In this document: positions 16,050-25,200 of the stretch, piece by piece
How the letters are laid out: the number at the start of each line of letters is the position of its first letter
How positions within the stretch are numbered: position 1 is the stretch's first letter
Notes under the pieces: generated by a model
What the model was told of the DNA's origin: nothing
Database searches by the model: none
The model's input: the letters and a program-made list of their open reading frames with translations, nothing else
From: an uncultured Nitrospiraceae bacterium
Lineage (GTDB): Bacteria > Nitrospirota > Nitrospiria > Nitrospirales > Nitrospiraceae
Length of the DNA: 32,000 nucleotides
Assembly (NCBI GenBank): GCA_963748375.1
Contig: CAVVIR010000010.1
Location: forward strand, 20,637 to 52,636
Direction of reading: 5' to 3'
Made by a program: the position numbers and the translations under genes

Positions 16050-18071
16050 TCAGTGGACGTGATCGTCTGGCGGTGGCCGAATTTCCTTTTCCCTGTTGAG
16101 TTGTTCGATTTGTCGCGTCAATTCTGCGATATCTGCCCATCCAGATCCATCCACCGCAGGGATCCAGCGTGCCCGTAAATAGCCGTAACGATCTATGAGA
16201 AACTCCATATGATTCGGTGTTGTCCCTTCGCCGGCCAGATCGGGATTACTCAGGGTTCTGCGGAATAGAGAGTAGCTGCGCGCAATTTCTGGTGCCCCTT
16301 GCGTTGTTACCTGGAAAGGGGTGGCTGCAGTGATTACCGTCAGGTCTTGCGGCTTGAGATCATTGAGGGGCACCGCGAGTATCACGGTATCGGTGGTGCG
16401 TAGGGTGGCATCAGCTTGTCTCAACTGACTGAGTCTTGCCTGTGACTCCGGCCATGAAAATAGAACCAGTAAAATCGCTTTCTGCCGGCGGAAATCCTTC
16501 AAGGTGCCGCTTGTTCCGTCATGTGTGGAATAGGAGAAGTTCTGTGGAGCCATGTACGGTTGATTGGGGGCGACATAGGGATTGATCAGGCGTGCCTGAT
16601 AGCCACGGGAGGTGGCATGGAGAAAGTTCACCAGGTCCCAACGATCCTCTTCCGAGAGTTTGTCCGCAAAAGCCGGCATTCCGGTACCGGGAATACCATG
16701 GGTCAGCCAGTGGAAAAAATCCCCTGCGGTATGCTTGGCTGTGTGCGGTTCCGTAAGCAGGTCTACTGGCGGAATCGCGAAGGTTTTGGCCAGAACACCA
16801 TTGCCCTTGGCTTGGGGTCCGTGGCAGAGCACGCAATTCGAGGCAAATATGGCCGCACCGTTGGCAACGGAAATGGCATCAAACGGGACCGGCGTCTTAC
16901 GGTACGTTTCTGGAAAAGCCTGAGTGGCAAGGGGAGGGAGCCCTGCAACGAGCGCACAAACAGTCAGTACGGCCGGGATGGTAATGCGCCACTTCGTCTC
17001 CCAGCGTTTGGACCGACCAAGGATAACCGCCCCAACTGCTAAGATAAGCAGCATGACTCCGACCCCTATGCCGATCATCATGCCTACCCCTCCCCAGGTG
17101 GCGTCGATGGAGAAGCGGAATGGATAGGGCCAGTCTTCAATAACAGCGTGCTTCGCTGGAATAGCGTTAGCCAGGATTGTCGCGACCAGTACCAGCCCCA
17201 ACCCGAGCACGAATTCGACGGGGACCCACTTTCGAAGCCCTCGTCCGCCGGTCGGGGCCCTATCCACGCCCTGGTCGAGTGCCGGAATCCAGATGTGACG
17301 TGCGCACGCGGCGAGCACGAGAATCACGGCGAGCAGCACGAGCTTGGTATTGAGAAGCCAGCCCCAGCTTGTTGCAGCCAATGCGGCGTAGCTTGTGTCC
17401 ACCATGCGATAGGTTACGATGATGCCTGTGGCGACAACCGCAAACATGACAGGCAACGCCATCTTCGAGAACTGTTTCAGGGTCTGGATGTCTGCTCGAT
17501 CCACCTCCTCGCCAGTTTGCGTCCGGGTCTTGGCAAATAAGACGCTGAGGAAGGCCGGCAACCCTCCGAACCAGACGCTCGCCAGAACGATATGCAGTGT
17601 GTAAGGCAATACTGATGTGACGGACAGTTCATCAGCCGCAGAGTGGCTTGCGAGTGATCCAGCAGCCAGCGTGAGTGCGGCGACGGTCGCGCATAACACA
17701 TACTGCCAACGCGCTTTGCGTGACACCCGAATGTAGAGGGTCACGGCGAGGACAAGGAGCGCAAGGGCAGCGCGCATTGTCCAGATGAGCCCTATGCGGG
17801 TTTTTTGTAAGAGCTCTAGCCAGGCTCCCGGACGCCAGGCATTGTCGGCCACGCCTGTGGCTTGCGTGGTCGTGGTGGCCAGCAAGCCAACCAAGCCTAC
17901 CAGAAGCGTGACCGACAGCCACGGTAGCACTCGATTTAGGCGGGCGAGCCAAGGGGAGTCGAACGCAGTGTTCGCGCGGACGGCAATCGCAAGAAAGACG
18001 CAGCCCCCGATCAGGATCATGTTGGACGCAAGCTGTAGCCAGCGAAACAGCGCGCCAATGACCTCGATCAT
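16050..18071 (-). CDS. copD: CopD-family copper export/resistance membrane protein fused to a c-type cytochrome domain and a C-terminal thioredoxin-fold domain
   Basis: The 673-aa product has about 10 predicted TM helices over the first 400 aa (CopD-like). A mono-heme motif follows: FASNCVLCHGPQAKGNG ... GIPGTGMPAF. The last part has a peroxiredoxin/Sco-like pattern (KAILLVLFSWPES ... VILAVPLND ... HMEFLIDRYGYLRARW) but lacks the CxxC. Its ATG overlaps the copC stop (ATGA at 18068-18071). Confidence 0.85.
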   Translation of the reverse strand: MIEVIGALFRWLQLASNMILIGGCVFLAIAVRANTAFDSPWLARLNRVLPWLSVTLLVGLVGLLATTTTQATGVADNAWRPGAWLELLQKTRIGLIWTMRAALALLVLAVTLYIRVSRKARWQYVLCATVAALTLAAGSLASHSAADELSVTSVLPYTLHIVLASVWFGGLPAFLSVLFAKTRTQTGEEVDRADIQTLKQFSKMALPVMFAVVATGIIVTYRMVDTSYAALAATSWGWLLNTKLVLLAVILVLAACARHIWIPALDQGVDRAPTGGRGLRKWVPVEFVLGLGLVLVATILANAIPAKHAVIEDWPYPFRFSIDATWGGVGMMIGIGVGVMLLILAVGAVILGRSKRWETKWRITIPAVLTVCALVAGLPPLATQAFPETYRKTPVPFDAISVANGAAIFASNCVLCHGPQAKGNGVLAKTFAIPPVDLLTEPHTAKHTAGDFFHWLTHGIPGTGMPAFADKLSEEDRWDLVNFLHATSRGYQARLINPYVAPNQPYMAPQNFSYSTHDGTSGTLKDFRRQKAILLVLFSWPESQARLSQLRQADATLRTTDTVILAVPLNDLKPQDLTVITAATPFQVTTQGAPEIARSYSLFRRTLSNPDLAGEGTTPNHMEFLIDRYGYLRARWIPAVDGSGWADIAELTRQIEQLNREKEIRPPPDDHVH

Positions 18072-18472
18072 TTCTTTTGCACTTTACCCTTTACAGAGAA
18101 GTCGAAATACGACTCCACCACATGACCATCAACTGATAGCACCCGAAACTTTACCGAATACTTTCCAGGCGTCAACTCCGGCAACGGCAGGACGATGGAT
18201 TTCCGGTCCTCTGGAGCCAGTTTTGGTTTGACCTCGGTGACAGGATGCTTCTCGGCGTCGAGTACGATCAGCGATGCGTAGTCGCCTTCAATCTCTTCAT
18301 TGAACCAGAGTTGCACCTGCGCCGGCGCTTGGGCAAGAACAGCCCGGCGTGGCGGCTCTGCCTTGACCAGCATTGAATGTGCCAACACTGGAGCGGCATG
18401 CACGCACAGCACCATTGCGACCGCTGTGCCAGCCAGGATGCGCTTGAGTCCGTAAACTGCCCATGGTTTCAT
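18068..18472 (-). CDS. copC: periplasmic copper-binding protein CopC
   Basis: ORF track 18068..18523. A GAAGGAG RBS precedes the ATG at 18472 (MKPWAVYGLKRILAGTAVAMVLCVHAAPVLA/HSMLVKAEP). The CopC pattern is present: mature N-terminal His, P..V.L.F.E.IE, GKYSVKFRVLSVDGHVVE. Confidence 0.9.
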   Translation of the reverse strand: MKPWAVYGLKRILAGTAVAMVLCVHAAPVLAHSMLVKAEPPRRAVLAQAPAQVQLWFNEEIEGDYASLIVLDAEKHPVTEVKPKLAPEDRKSIVLPLPELTPGKYSVKFRVLSVDGHVVESYFDFSVKGKVQKK

Positions 18473-18575
18473 CGGAGCTCCTTCTTGTTGCTGCTGCTGA
18501 GCCGGGGTGCAGCAACCCGTCATGTGCCCACCTGTCTCAACACATTATACTCCTGAGACCGGAGGGCTGCTTGTC

Positions 18576-19169
18576 TTAGGAAACGGTGCTCACCGGGGAC
18601 TTGCGACGACCTCGCATGATAAAGAAGATTGCTGCTCCAGCGGCGAGTATTGCGACTGGGACGATGACCATCATGTAGTGCATCAAGTGGGAAACGACTC
18701 CCCCTTCTCCGACCGAAATTGGGAATCGAGCGACATGCTCTTCCTTGCCGCGAACGGTGATGATCCCGATGAATTTGCCAGGCTGGCTGAAGCTATGTTC
18801 GAAATTGATGAACCCCCCCGTGTAGACTTTGGCCGGCAGGTGTACGACTGTGATGGCCTGAAGATCCTGTTCCGAACCCGTATCCTTGATGACCCGAATC
18901 TCGACGGGCAACGAGCGGAGCTCCCCTTCGATAAAATCGAGCACGACCACGGTGCGACCGGTCGACGGAATATCCCCGCAGAGTTCCTGCCTATCTGAAG
19001 TGTCAGGCTGATATTCGGTCAGGTGCATACCGTAGGGCCCAAACTTCAGTATGCAGAAGTTTTTGTCTAATTCATGAAAGTGCTGGGCCTGTGCGGACAG
19101 TGGAACTCCGATTGCCAGCATCACGCCGAACACAATGACTGTTCTCAAAAGACATCGCAAAGACATCAT
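18576..19169 (-). CDS. exported, C-terminally membrane-anchored protein, paralog 1 of 3 (AmoD/AmoE/PmoD-like by synteny and topology)
   Basis: It has a GAAGGA RBS and a signal peptide (..GVPLSAQAQ), a periplasmic domain of about 130 aa, one C-terminal TM helix (MMVIVPVAILAAGAAIFFI) and a basic tail. It is about 60 percent identical to paralog 2. The shared motif is C-x9-H..YQP-x8-C.DIP..GRTVVVLD. The family name is inferred, not demonstrated. Confidence 0.55.
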   Translation of the reverse strand: MMSLRCLLRTVIVFGVMLAIGVPLSAQAQHFHELDKNFCILKFGPYGMHLTEYQPDTSDRQELCGDIPSTGRTVVVLDFIEGELRSLPVEIRVIKDTGSEQDLQAITVVHLPAKVYTGGFINFEHSFSQPGKFIGIITVRGKEEHVARFPISVGEGGVVSHLMHYMMVIVPVAILAAGAAIFFIMRGRRKSPVSTVS

Positions 19170-19267
19170 CAGTATCCTTCTCGCGTTAATTTCTTAGCCG
19201 CCTTCAACTATTCTCGTTACACCAGAAACGCGTTTGCGCCTGCACCATTGGGTTGCTGCCCAGTCGC

Positions 19268-19852
19268 CTAGGAAACAGTCTTGCTCGAAGTATTGCCGCG
19301 TCCTCGCATGGTAAAAAAGATGATCGCCAGGATCACCGCAACTCCTGCGAACGCAATCAAGAAGTAGCTGGGGGGCAACCAAATTTTTGTTTCCCCTACC
19401 GAGAATGGGAATCGCGAGACATGCTTATCACCCACAGTCACAAGGCCAATGAATTTGCCGGGCTGGTCAAAATTATGTTCGAAATTTACCGAGCCGGCGG
19501 GGTAGACCTTGGGCGGCAGGTGCAAGACCGTGATGGCCTGCAGGTCTTTCTCCGACCCCGTATCCTTGATGATTCGCACCTCGGTGGGCATCGGGCGGAG
19601 TTCATCTTCCATATAATCGAGCACCACGACTGTGCGACCGGTCGCCGGAATATCTTCGCAGAATTCCTTATTGCGCGTGTTGTCCGGCTGGTAGCCGGTA
19701 AAGTGCATGTTGTACGGGCCGATCGTGAGTCTGCACATATCCTCGGCCAGTGCCAACCCTCCGTGAGCCTGAGCCTGCGAGGAGAAGAATGGCACCCCGA
19801 TTGCCAAGATCAACATGCACACACCGAAAGGTTTAAGTAAGTGCTTCACCAT
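19268..19852 (-). CDS. exported, C-terminally membrane-anchored protein, paralog 2 of 3 (AmoD/AmoE/PmoD-like)
   Basis: ORF track 19268..19885. A GGGAGGA RBS precedes the ATG at 19852 (MVKHLLKPFGVCMLILAIGVPFFSSQAQA/HGG). It has the same domain plan and motifs as 18576-19169, including IKDTGSE.DLQAITV.HLP.KVY and NFEH.F.QPGKFIG. Confidence 0.55.
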   Translation of the reverse strand: MVKHLLKPFGVCMLILAIGVPFFSSQAQAHGGLALAEDMCRLTIGPYNMHFTGYQPDNTRNKEFCEDIPATGRTVVVLDYMEDELRPMPTEVRIIKDTGSEKDLQAITVLHLPPKVYPAGSVNFEHNFDQPGKFIGLVTVGDKHVSRFPFSVGETKIWLPPSYFLIAFAGVAVILAIIFFTMRGRGNTSSKTVS

Positions 19853-19913
19853 TGCCAGAATCCTCCCTCTCGAATATTGAATCATATGCTCACGGGCTGG
19901 AATGCTCGGTTCC

Positions 19914-20501
19914 CTATGAACGGAGGACTGTCCACCAATTGCGTATCCACTTCGATCGTAGGAGTTTGTACAAGAGCCAAATTCCCAGCAGCACGCCCAG
20001 TGCTGGGACGACTGTGGATTTCACCAGCTTCTGATAATCGACCATATGCACTCGCAAGAGATACTGGGGGCGCTTCATCAGATTCTGCTTTTCTGCAGAA
20101 ATGATCACGGTATAGACGCCTTCAGCCAGCCTGGCTTCGCCCCGGAGTACACCGTCTGGGTGGGTGGTTGGGCGAATATCTGCCACAATCTGATCCTCTG
20201 CCTCGTTGCTCCCGGTTCCCTTCACGACCCTCATTCCGACCAGCTCTTTGCGCAGCATCGGGTCGACAAGGTCTACGACCAGAAACGTGTCGCCTTCTTT
20301 GGGAATGTCTGTACAATATTCTTCTTTCAACTCGTATTGCGGCTGATAGGCGCTGAGATGGATCACCCTCTCTCCGATCCGGCGCAGGCACGGGTCGTCC
20401 TCTCCACTGGTGGCTCCATGGGCAATAACGACCTCCGGGTCGTACAATGCGGCAAGAAGCATGAGCACCGTAAGGCCTGCGCCTGTCATCTGCCTAATCA
20501 T
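19914..20501 (-). CDS. exported, C-terminally membrane-anchored protein, paralog 3 of 3 (divergent AmoD/AmoE/PmoD-like)
   Basis: The signal peptide reads MIRQMTGAGLTVLMLLAALYDPEVVIA/HGA. It keeps the C-x9-H..YQP-x8-C.DIP..GD motif, and has a C-terminal TM helix (VVPALGVLLGIWLLY) and a basic tail. It is only distantly similar to paralogs 1 and 2 outside the motif. Confidence 0.5.
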   Translation of the reverse strand: MIRQMTGAGLTVLMLLAALYDPEVVIAHGATSGEDDPCLRRIGERVIHLSAYQPQYELKEEYCTDIPKEGDTFLVVDLVDPMLRKELVGMRVVKGTGSNEAEDQIVADIRPTTHPDGVLRGEARLAEGVYTVIISAEKQNLMKRPQYLLRVHMVDYQKLVKSTVVPALGVLLGIWLLYKLLRSKWIRNWWTVLRS

Positions 20502-20788
20502 AAATATGCTGCGCCTTCCATGTGTGAGAGCTTGCGATGAAGCCCTGCCCCGTATGGCGAATCCATTGCCAGTTCAACGTCTTGCTACATGACCCGATCT
20601 ATGGAATTCACTACATAATGCCACTAAAGCAGGCCAAGATTCTAGTCCCCTTCGCCATGTATCGTATCTAAAAGCCCCAAAAATGTGTTTCTGTTGGGCT
20701 TGTTTCGTGTGAGGTTTCGAAAAATCGTCGTGACGCAATGAATTCACGAAGATTCGTTTTTGAACAGGCGAGAGGATAATTCAAATCT

Positions 20789-21421
20789 TCAGCAGAGACC
20801 TGCTTTGCAGTCGGTTACTACGAGGTTGGTGAGTTTTTCTCCTGCGTCGAGTTCGAGAATCAGCCAGGCTAGACCTGCTTGTTGTTCTTCTTTGTGAGGC
20901 CCTGATCCTTCTTCGATCAGGCTGACGAGATAGTAACGCCCGGCGGGGATTTTGGTGAACCAGAAATGTCCGGTCGGGTTGGCTCTGGTTGTGCGGAGAT
21001 AGGGAATGAGGCGTTTTTCTGTCTGGAGCCTGGTCAGCGCCTCCTGCGGGCAATTGGTCTGAGTGCGCGGCGCTACGGTGCTTTCAGGGGAAGCAGTAGT
21101 CTCTGTCGTTGCACAGGATGTGGCTCTGACGTTGTGGTCGAACCAATAGCGTGTGTAGGGAGTGATAGGAATGAGATGGACTGGAGTACCTGGTTGAGTG
21201 ATCGCCTTCCCGGAGGGAGATACGAGAAAGGCTTGTCCGGTCAGAGTCCCTCGCCCTTTTTGTTTGTACGCGAATAAATCTTTTTCGTTCAGGATGGGAG
21301 ACTGTGTGGTCTTGGCAGGAGATGCGGTGCTTGGTTCGGCGGCTTCTGCGTAGTTGGAACACAGGCTTCCCAGCAAGAGTGTGATGGCTACGGCACATTG
21401 GCGTTGGTTATGCAGTGGCAT
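20789..21421 (-). CDS. exported hypothetical protein with a carboxypeptidase-regulatory-like (prealbumin fold) segment
   Basis: The 210-aa ORF has a signal peptide (CAVAITLLLGSLCSNYAEA). The GHFWFTKIPAGRYYLVSL pattern is typical of CarboxypepD_reg-like beta-sandwich domains. Four Cys lie in the mature part. It starts 5 nt after the upstream gene's stop. Confidence 0.55.
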   Translation of the reverse strand: MPLHNQRQCAVAITLLLGSLCSNYAEAAEPSTASPAKTTQSPILNEKDLFAYKQKGRGTLTGQAFLVSPSGKAITQPGTPVHLIPITPYTRYWFDHNVRATSCATTETTASPESTVAPRTQTNCPQEALTRLQTEKRLIPYLRTTRANPTGHFWFTKIPAGRYYLVSLIEEGSGPHKEEQQAGLAWLILELDAGEKLTNLVVTDCKAGLC

Positions 21422-21426
21422 CGCCG

Positions 21427-21870
21427 TTACGAAGTAGTAGATGAGGATGATGACTCTGTCTCATCAGAGGATAGCGGCGCAACCGCGGCTTTATGTCTGA
21501 GGGCGCGGCCTTTATCGGGGGTCGGGTCGGTGACGATCCCATAGACGTCACGGCCTTCGTGGCCTTCCGGGAGATATTCCGTGATCGGCAAGCCGTCTTC
21601 ACGCACAAATAATAGGCAGTGGCAGTATTTGTAGATCTGCATTTCGTCGCAGGCGCACATCCAGCGGCGGAGTTTGGCTTCTGCTGGCTTGTCCTTGTAG
21701 AAGTTGCAGGGGCAGAGTGGTTTGCCTAGTTCGTCCACATGCATCGCGAGCCCCTTGACCACGGCTTCGGTGACGGCAGGCATGGGATGCATAGTTGTCC
21801 CGCTTTTTTCCGCGAATCCCTTTGCAAACTTCCACATCTTGTCGAGACTCTCTTGCTTAGGCTCGGCCAT
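21427..21870 (-). CDS. ferredoxin:thioredoxin reductase catalytic-subunit-like protein
   Basis: It shows the exact FTR-B cysteine spacing: CPC-x16-CAC-x8-CHC (LCPCNFYKDKPAEAKLRRWMCACDEMQIYKYCHCLLF). A Ser/Thr-rich C-terminal tail follows. No variable-subunit gene is adjacent. Confidence 0.8.
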   Translation of the reverse strand: MAEPKQESLDKMWKFAKGFAEKSGTTMHPMPAVTEAVVKGLAMHVDELGKPLCPCNFYKDKPAEAKLRRWMCACDEMQIYKYCHCLLFVREDGLPITEYLPEGHEGRDVYGIVTDPTPDKGRALRHKAAVAPLSSDETESSSSSTTS

Positions 21871-21886
21871 TGCAACTCCTTTTGCA

Positions 21887-22064
21887 GGATGCTGAAAAAG
21901 TCCACCAGCGGCGTTCTCGTATCGCTCAGAGGCTCGGAAGCACTGGAGGGTATTTTCCGTTCGCCAAGATCCATGCTATGGGCGAACGGCTACACAAAGT
22001 GCGGTCCGTACCTCCTCGCCTCTTCGCTCGCTGCGGCCTTGCTGGATGGCCTTTTTGAGCATCC
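21887..22064. repeat. palindromic REP/MITE-like element, family 1, copy B (~178 bp, inverted relative to copy A)
   Basis: It begins GGATGCTGAAAAAGTCCACCAGCGGCGTTCTCGTATCGCTCAGAGGCTC and ends CCTCGCCTCTTCGCTCGCTGCGGCCTTGCTGGATGGCCTTTTTGAGCATCC. The arms match copy A in reverse orientation. The centre is larger and carries its own hairpin (ccgttcgcc/ggcgaacgg). Confidence 0.6.
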
Positions 22065-22261
22065 TGACCTATCGTGGCATCAGTGCCATTTTGCGATATT
22101 TCTTCGCTGTTTTCCGTTATGAGCCGAGTTTCCCATAGCTGTTGGTAAAAGATATTGAGCGAGAGGCTAAAAAGCCTGCGCCGCTGAGGCGCAGTTTACA
22201 AGCGCCAGGGCGTCCTTTACAATCCAACACTTCCTGCAAATTCTATCGGACTGGATCAAGG

Positions 22262-25200
22262 ATGGAGATATCAGATACCCGTCAGCAATTGATTGCCAAG
22301 TTGGCGGAGGAACTGGGGTTGGCCACAGGCCAGCAACTCGTGTCTTGTCTTGCCGGCTCCACGACGGAGCCGAACCAGGTGGACGGTATCTCTCTGTTGC
22401 TGGATGAATTGATGGAGATCTCCCCAAAAGTAGTTCGTGCCGCAATCGAGTCGTTTCCCGATTTGCAACAGCGGGGCTGCCTCAGCGATGCGGTGGCCTG
22501 GCTGGATCTGGGAATTGTGTTGGCCGAATCCTCCGGTGCGATCGGACTGAAGTATTTCAAAGAGAGTCCGCTGGTTCTGGGAATGATCGAGCCATTATCG
22601 GTTCGATCGGTGGTGCTGAATAGGGTTCTGGAGTTAGCCGAGCGCGATGCGAATGTCGCGCTGGAGTTTCTCCGCATATCACCGGACATGGTGAGGGTGA
22701 TTCCATTGGATCAGCTCGATGCCTGGTTAGAAATCGGGCTTGAGCTGACGCAAGTCGATTTTGTCGTGGCACTGGAGTACATTCGCCAACTTCCCGCTGT
22801 GGCCCGAGTGTTGCCGATCCAGCAGGCCAGAGCTTGGGCGATGTTCGGGTTGAAACTGATTTCCCGGAACAGTCTTGGCAAGACGGACTATTTGGGAACC
22901 GTCGAATTCCTCCGCACCAGCCCCCTCATTCTCGGCGATCACGAAGATCTCTCGGTGCGGGCCAAGGTCATCACGGTTGGGTCGCTCCTGGCTGAACGTG
23001 ATCCAGGATCTGGCATTGCCTGGTTATCGGAGTCGCCGCGCCTGTTGCGTGTTGTGCCACATGAAGGCTGGCGATTAAAAATATTACAGTACGGGGCGTT
23101 AGTGGCAGAGTGTGACGCAGACACGGCGCTGGCCTATTTGCGACGTGCGCCTGAACTGGCGAGCGTGATCGGTGAGTCTGCAGAAGCCATGGCCCGCTTC
23201 GAGGCCTGGTTTACCGCCGGGATGGAAGTTCTGGCCTATAGTGTCGAAGCGGCCAGAGCCTACTTTGCGCTGGAGTCGCAGAAGGCACTGACGTCGGTGG
23301 AAGCGGCGTTAAGCGGAGTGCCGCTTCGGCAGGTAGCTCGTACTGTGAAGCTCTTCGTGCAGGGGCTTTGCGGAACGGATCTGACGATTCAGGCGCTCCC
23401 TGATTCGCTGAATCAGGAAATGTCGGTGCGGGCCACAGTGAGCCAAGACGGGCGCACCATCTCACTGCCGGCACTCCTCCGTCGTTACCCTACGGCTGAG
23501 GAGAACACGCGCTTGTACCTGGTGATGGCGGCACACGAAGCGGGGCACGTGGAGTTTGGAACCTACCGGCTGACCCTTGAACCGTTCGCAGACTTGGCCC
23601 TGGCTCTGCGCCAGAAGTATGACAAGTCGAAGGACGCTACGCCGGACACCTTGGCGGCGCTGTTTCGGCTGTATCCCCATCCGGGATTGATTCAGGATTT
23701 ATGGATGCTTGTAGAAGATGCGCGGGTGGAATTTCTGCTACAGCGAGAGTATCCGGGACTTCAGCGTGACTTGCAGCGATTGGCGTTGGAGGCGGTTGCA
23801 ACAAGGTCGCTGACACATGGGTTGACGGTCAAAGAGCTTGTTGTCGATCAATTGCTCCAGCTCTCGACCGCTGCCTCGCAGCCGGTTGCCATTCACGAAG
23901 CCATCAAGGATGAGATTGCCGTCCTCTGGCCGATATGCCAGACGATTCTTTCTCCAGCCGCAACGGCGGAAGAGGCTGTGCGTGTGGCCCATGCTCTCTA
24001 CCTGCGGCTCGAAGAGTTGTTGGCGCCGAAGGGGGCGATGATCCAAGCCGATCAGACGGATGAGGTATCAGAGGAACGGGGTGTTGGGCCATCAGCGTCC
24101 GAACAGACGGGTGAAAACTATCGTCCTGTCACGAATTGGGTCTATCGTGGGGCGATGAATCCTGAGTTCATTCGTCAGCATGATCAGAATGAACGGGTAT
24201 CGGACGATCAGAAACAATCGGCGGACATCGAACGAATGGCCAGTGCAGCCGGCGGGGATCAGGAGTCATCTGCGCAGGGTCAACGGAATCGAGAAGGACG
24301 ACACACAGAACCCGAAAGTGATCGGCTTGCCGGTGGGCGACAGTGGCCCTCTCATGTGGAAGAACTCTTGGCCTTGAAAGTCGAGCAGCCGACGCCGACC
24401 GATCATGCAGGGATTGGCGATCATGCGGTGCGGTATCCGGAATGGGATCAAGGGATCGATGACTATCGCCTCAACTGGTGTTGCGTCATTGAGCGGGCGG
24501 CGGAAGAGGGGAACGGGGATATCGTGGGGGCCACATTGAGTGCGCATGGGAGTGAAGTCTCGGCCCTTCGACGATTTTTCGAAGGTCTGAGGCCGCCAGG
24601 GCTGCGGCGAGTGTCGGGCCAAGCTGACGGTGACGATCTCGATGTGGACGCGGCGGTTCGTCTGTGCGCTGAGCGGGCGGCGGGAGCAGATCTGTCGGAC
24701 AGAATTTTCGTGAGACGGGAGAGAAAAGAACGGGATGTCGCCGCTGCGTTTCTCGTTGACGTGAGTGGGTCAACCAGCCGCCAATTGGACAGTGGCCGTC
24801 GTGTCATCGATTTGGAGAAAGAGGGGCTGGTGCTCTTATGTGAGGCGCTCGAAGCGGTTGGAGATCACTATGCGCTCTACGGCTATTCGGGCCAAGGCCG
24901 CGGGCACGTGGATTTCCTTGTGATCAAAGATTTTGACGATCGGTTGAGTGGGAAAGCGGCGCAGCGTTTGGGTGGACTGGCTCCGATGCGGCAAAACCGT
25001 GATGGAGCGGCTATTCGCCACGCCACTGCCAAGTTGCTGGAGCGAGAAGCCCGGACGCGGTTGCTCGTTCTTATCAGCGATGGGCGTCCGCTCGACGATG
25101 GCTATAAAGATGAGTACTCGCTGGAAGATACCAAAGTTGCATTACGGGAGGCGCGTCAGCGAGGAGTGCATCCGTTCTGTATCACGATCGATCGGGAGGC

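Noticed and set aside
18507-19840. 163-aa and 195-aa plus-strand ORFs that resemble each other
   Set aside because: They are antisense shadows of the two closely related AmoD/E-like paralogs. Their mutual similarity simply reflects the paralogy on the other strand.
20674-20710. Hairpin (aagccc/gggctt) as a terminator between the exported-protein gene and the AmoD/E-like genes
   Set aside because: The stem is only 6 bp and the flanking U-tract is poor. That is insufficient to call a terminator.
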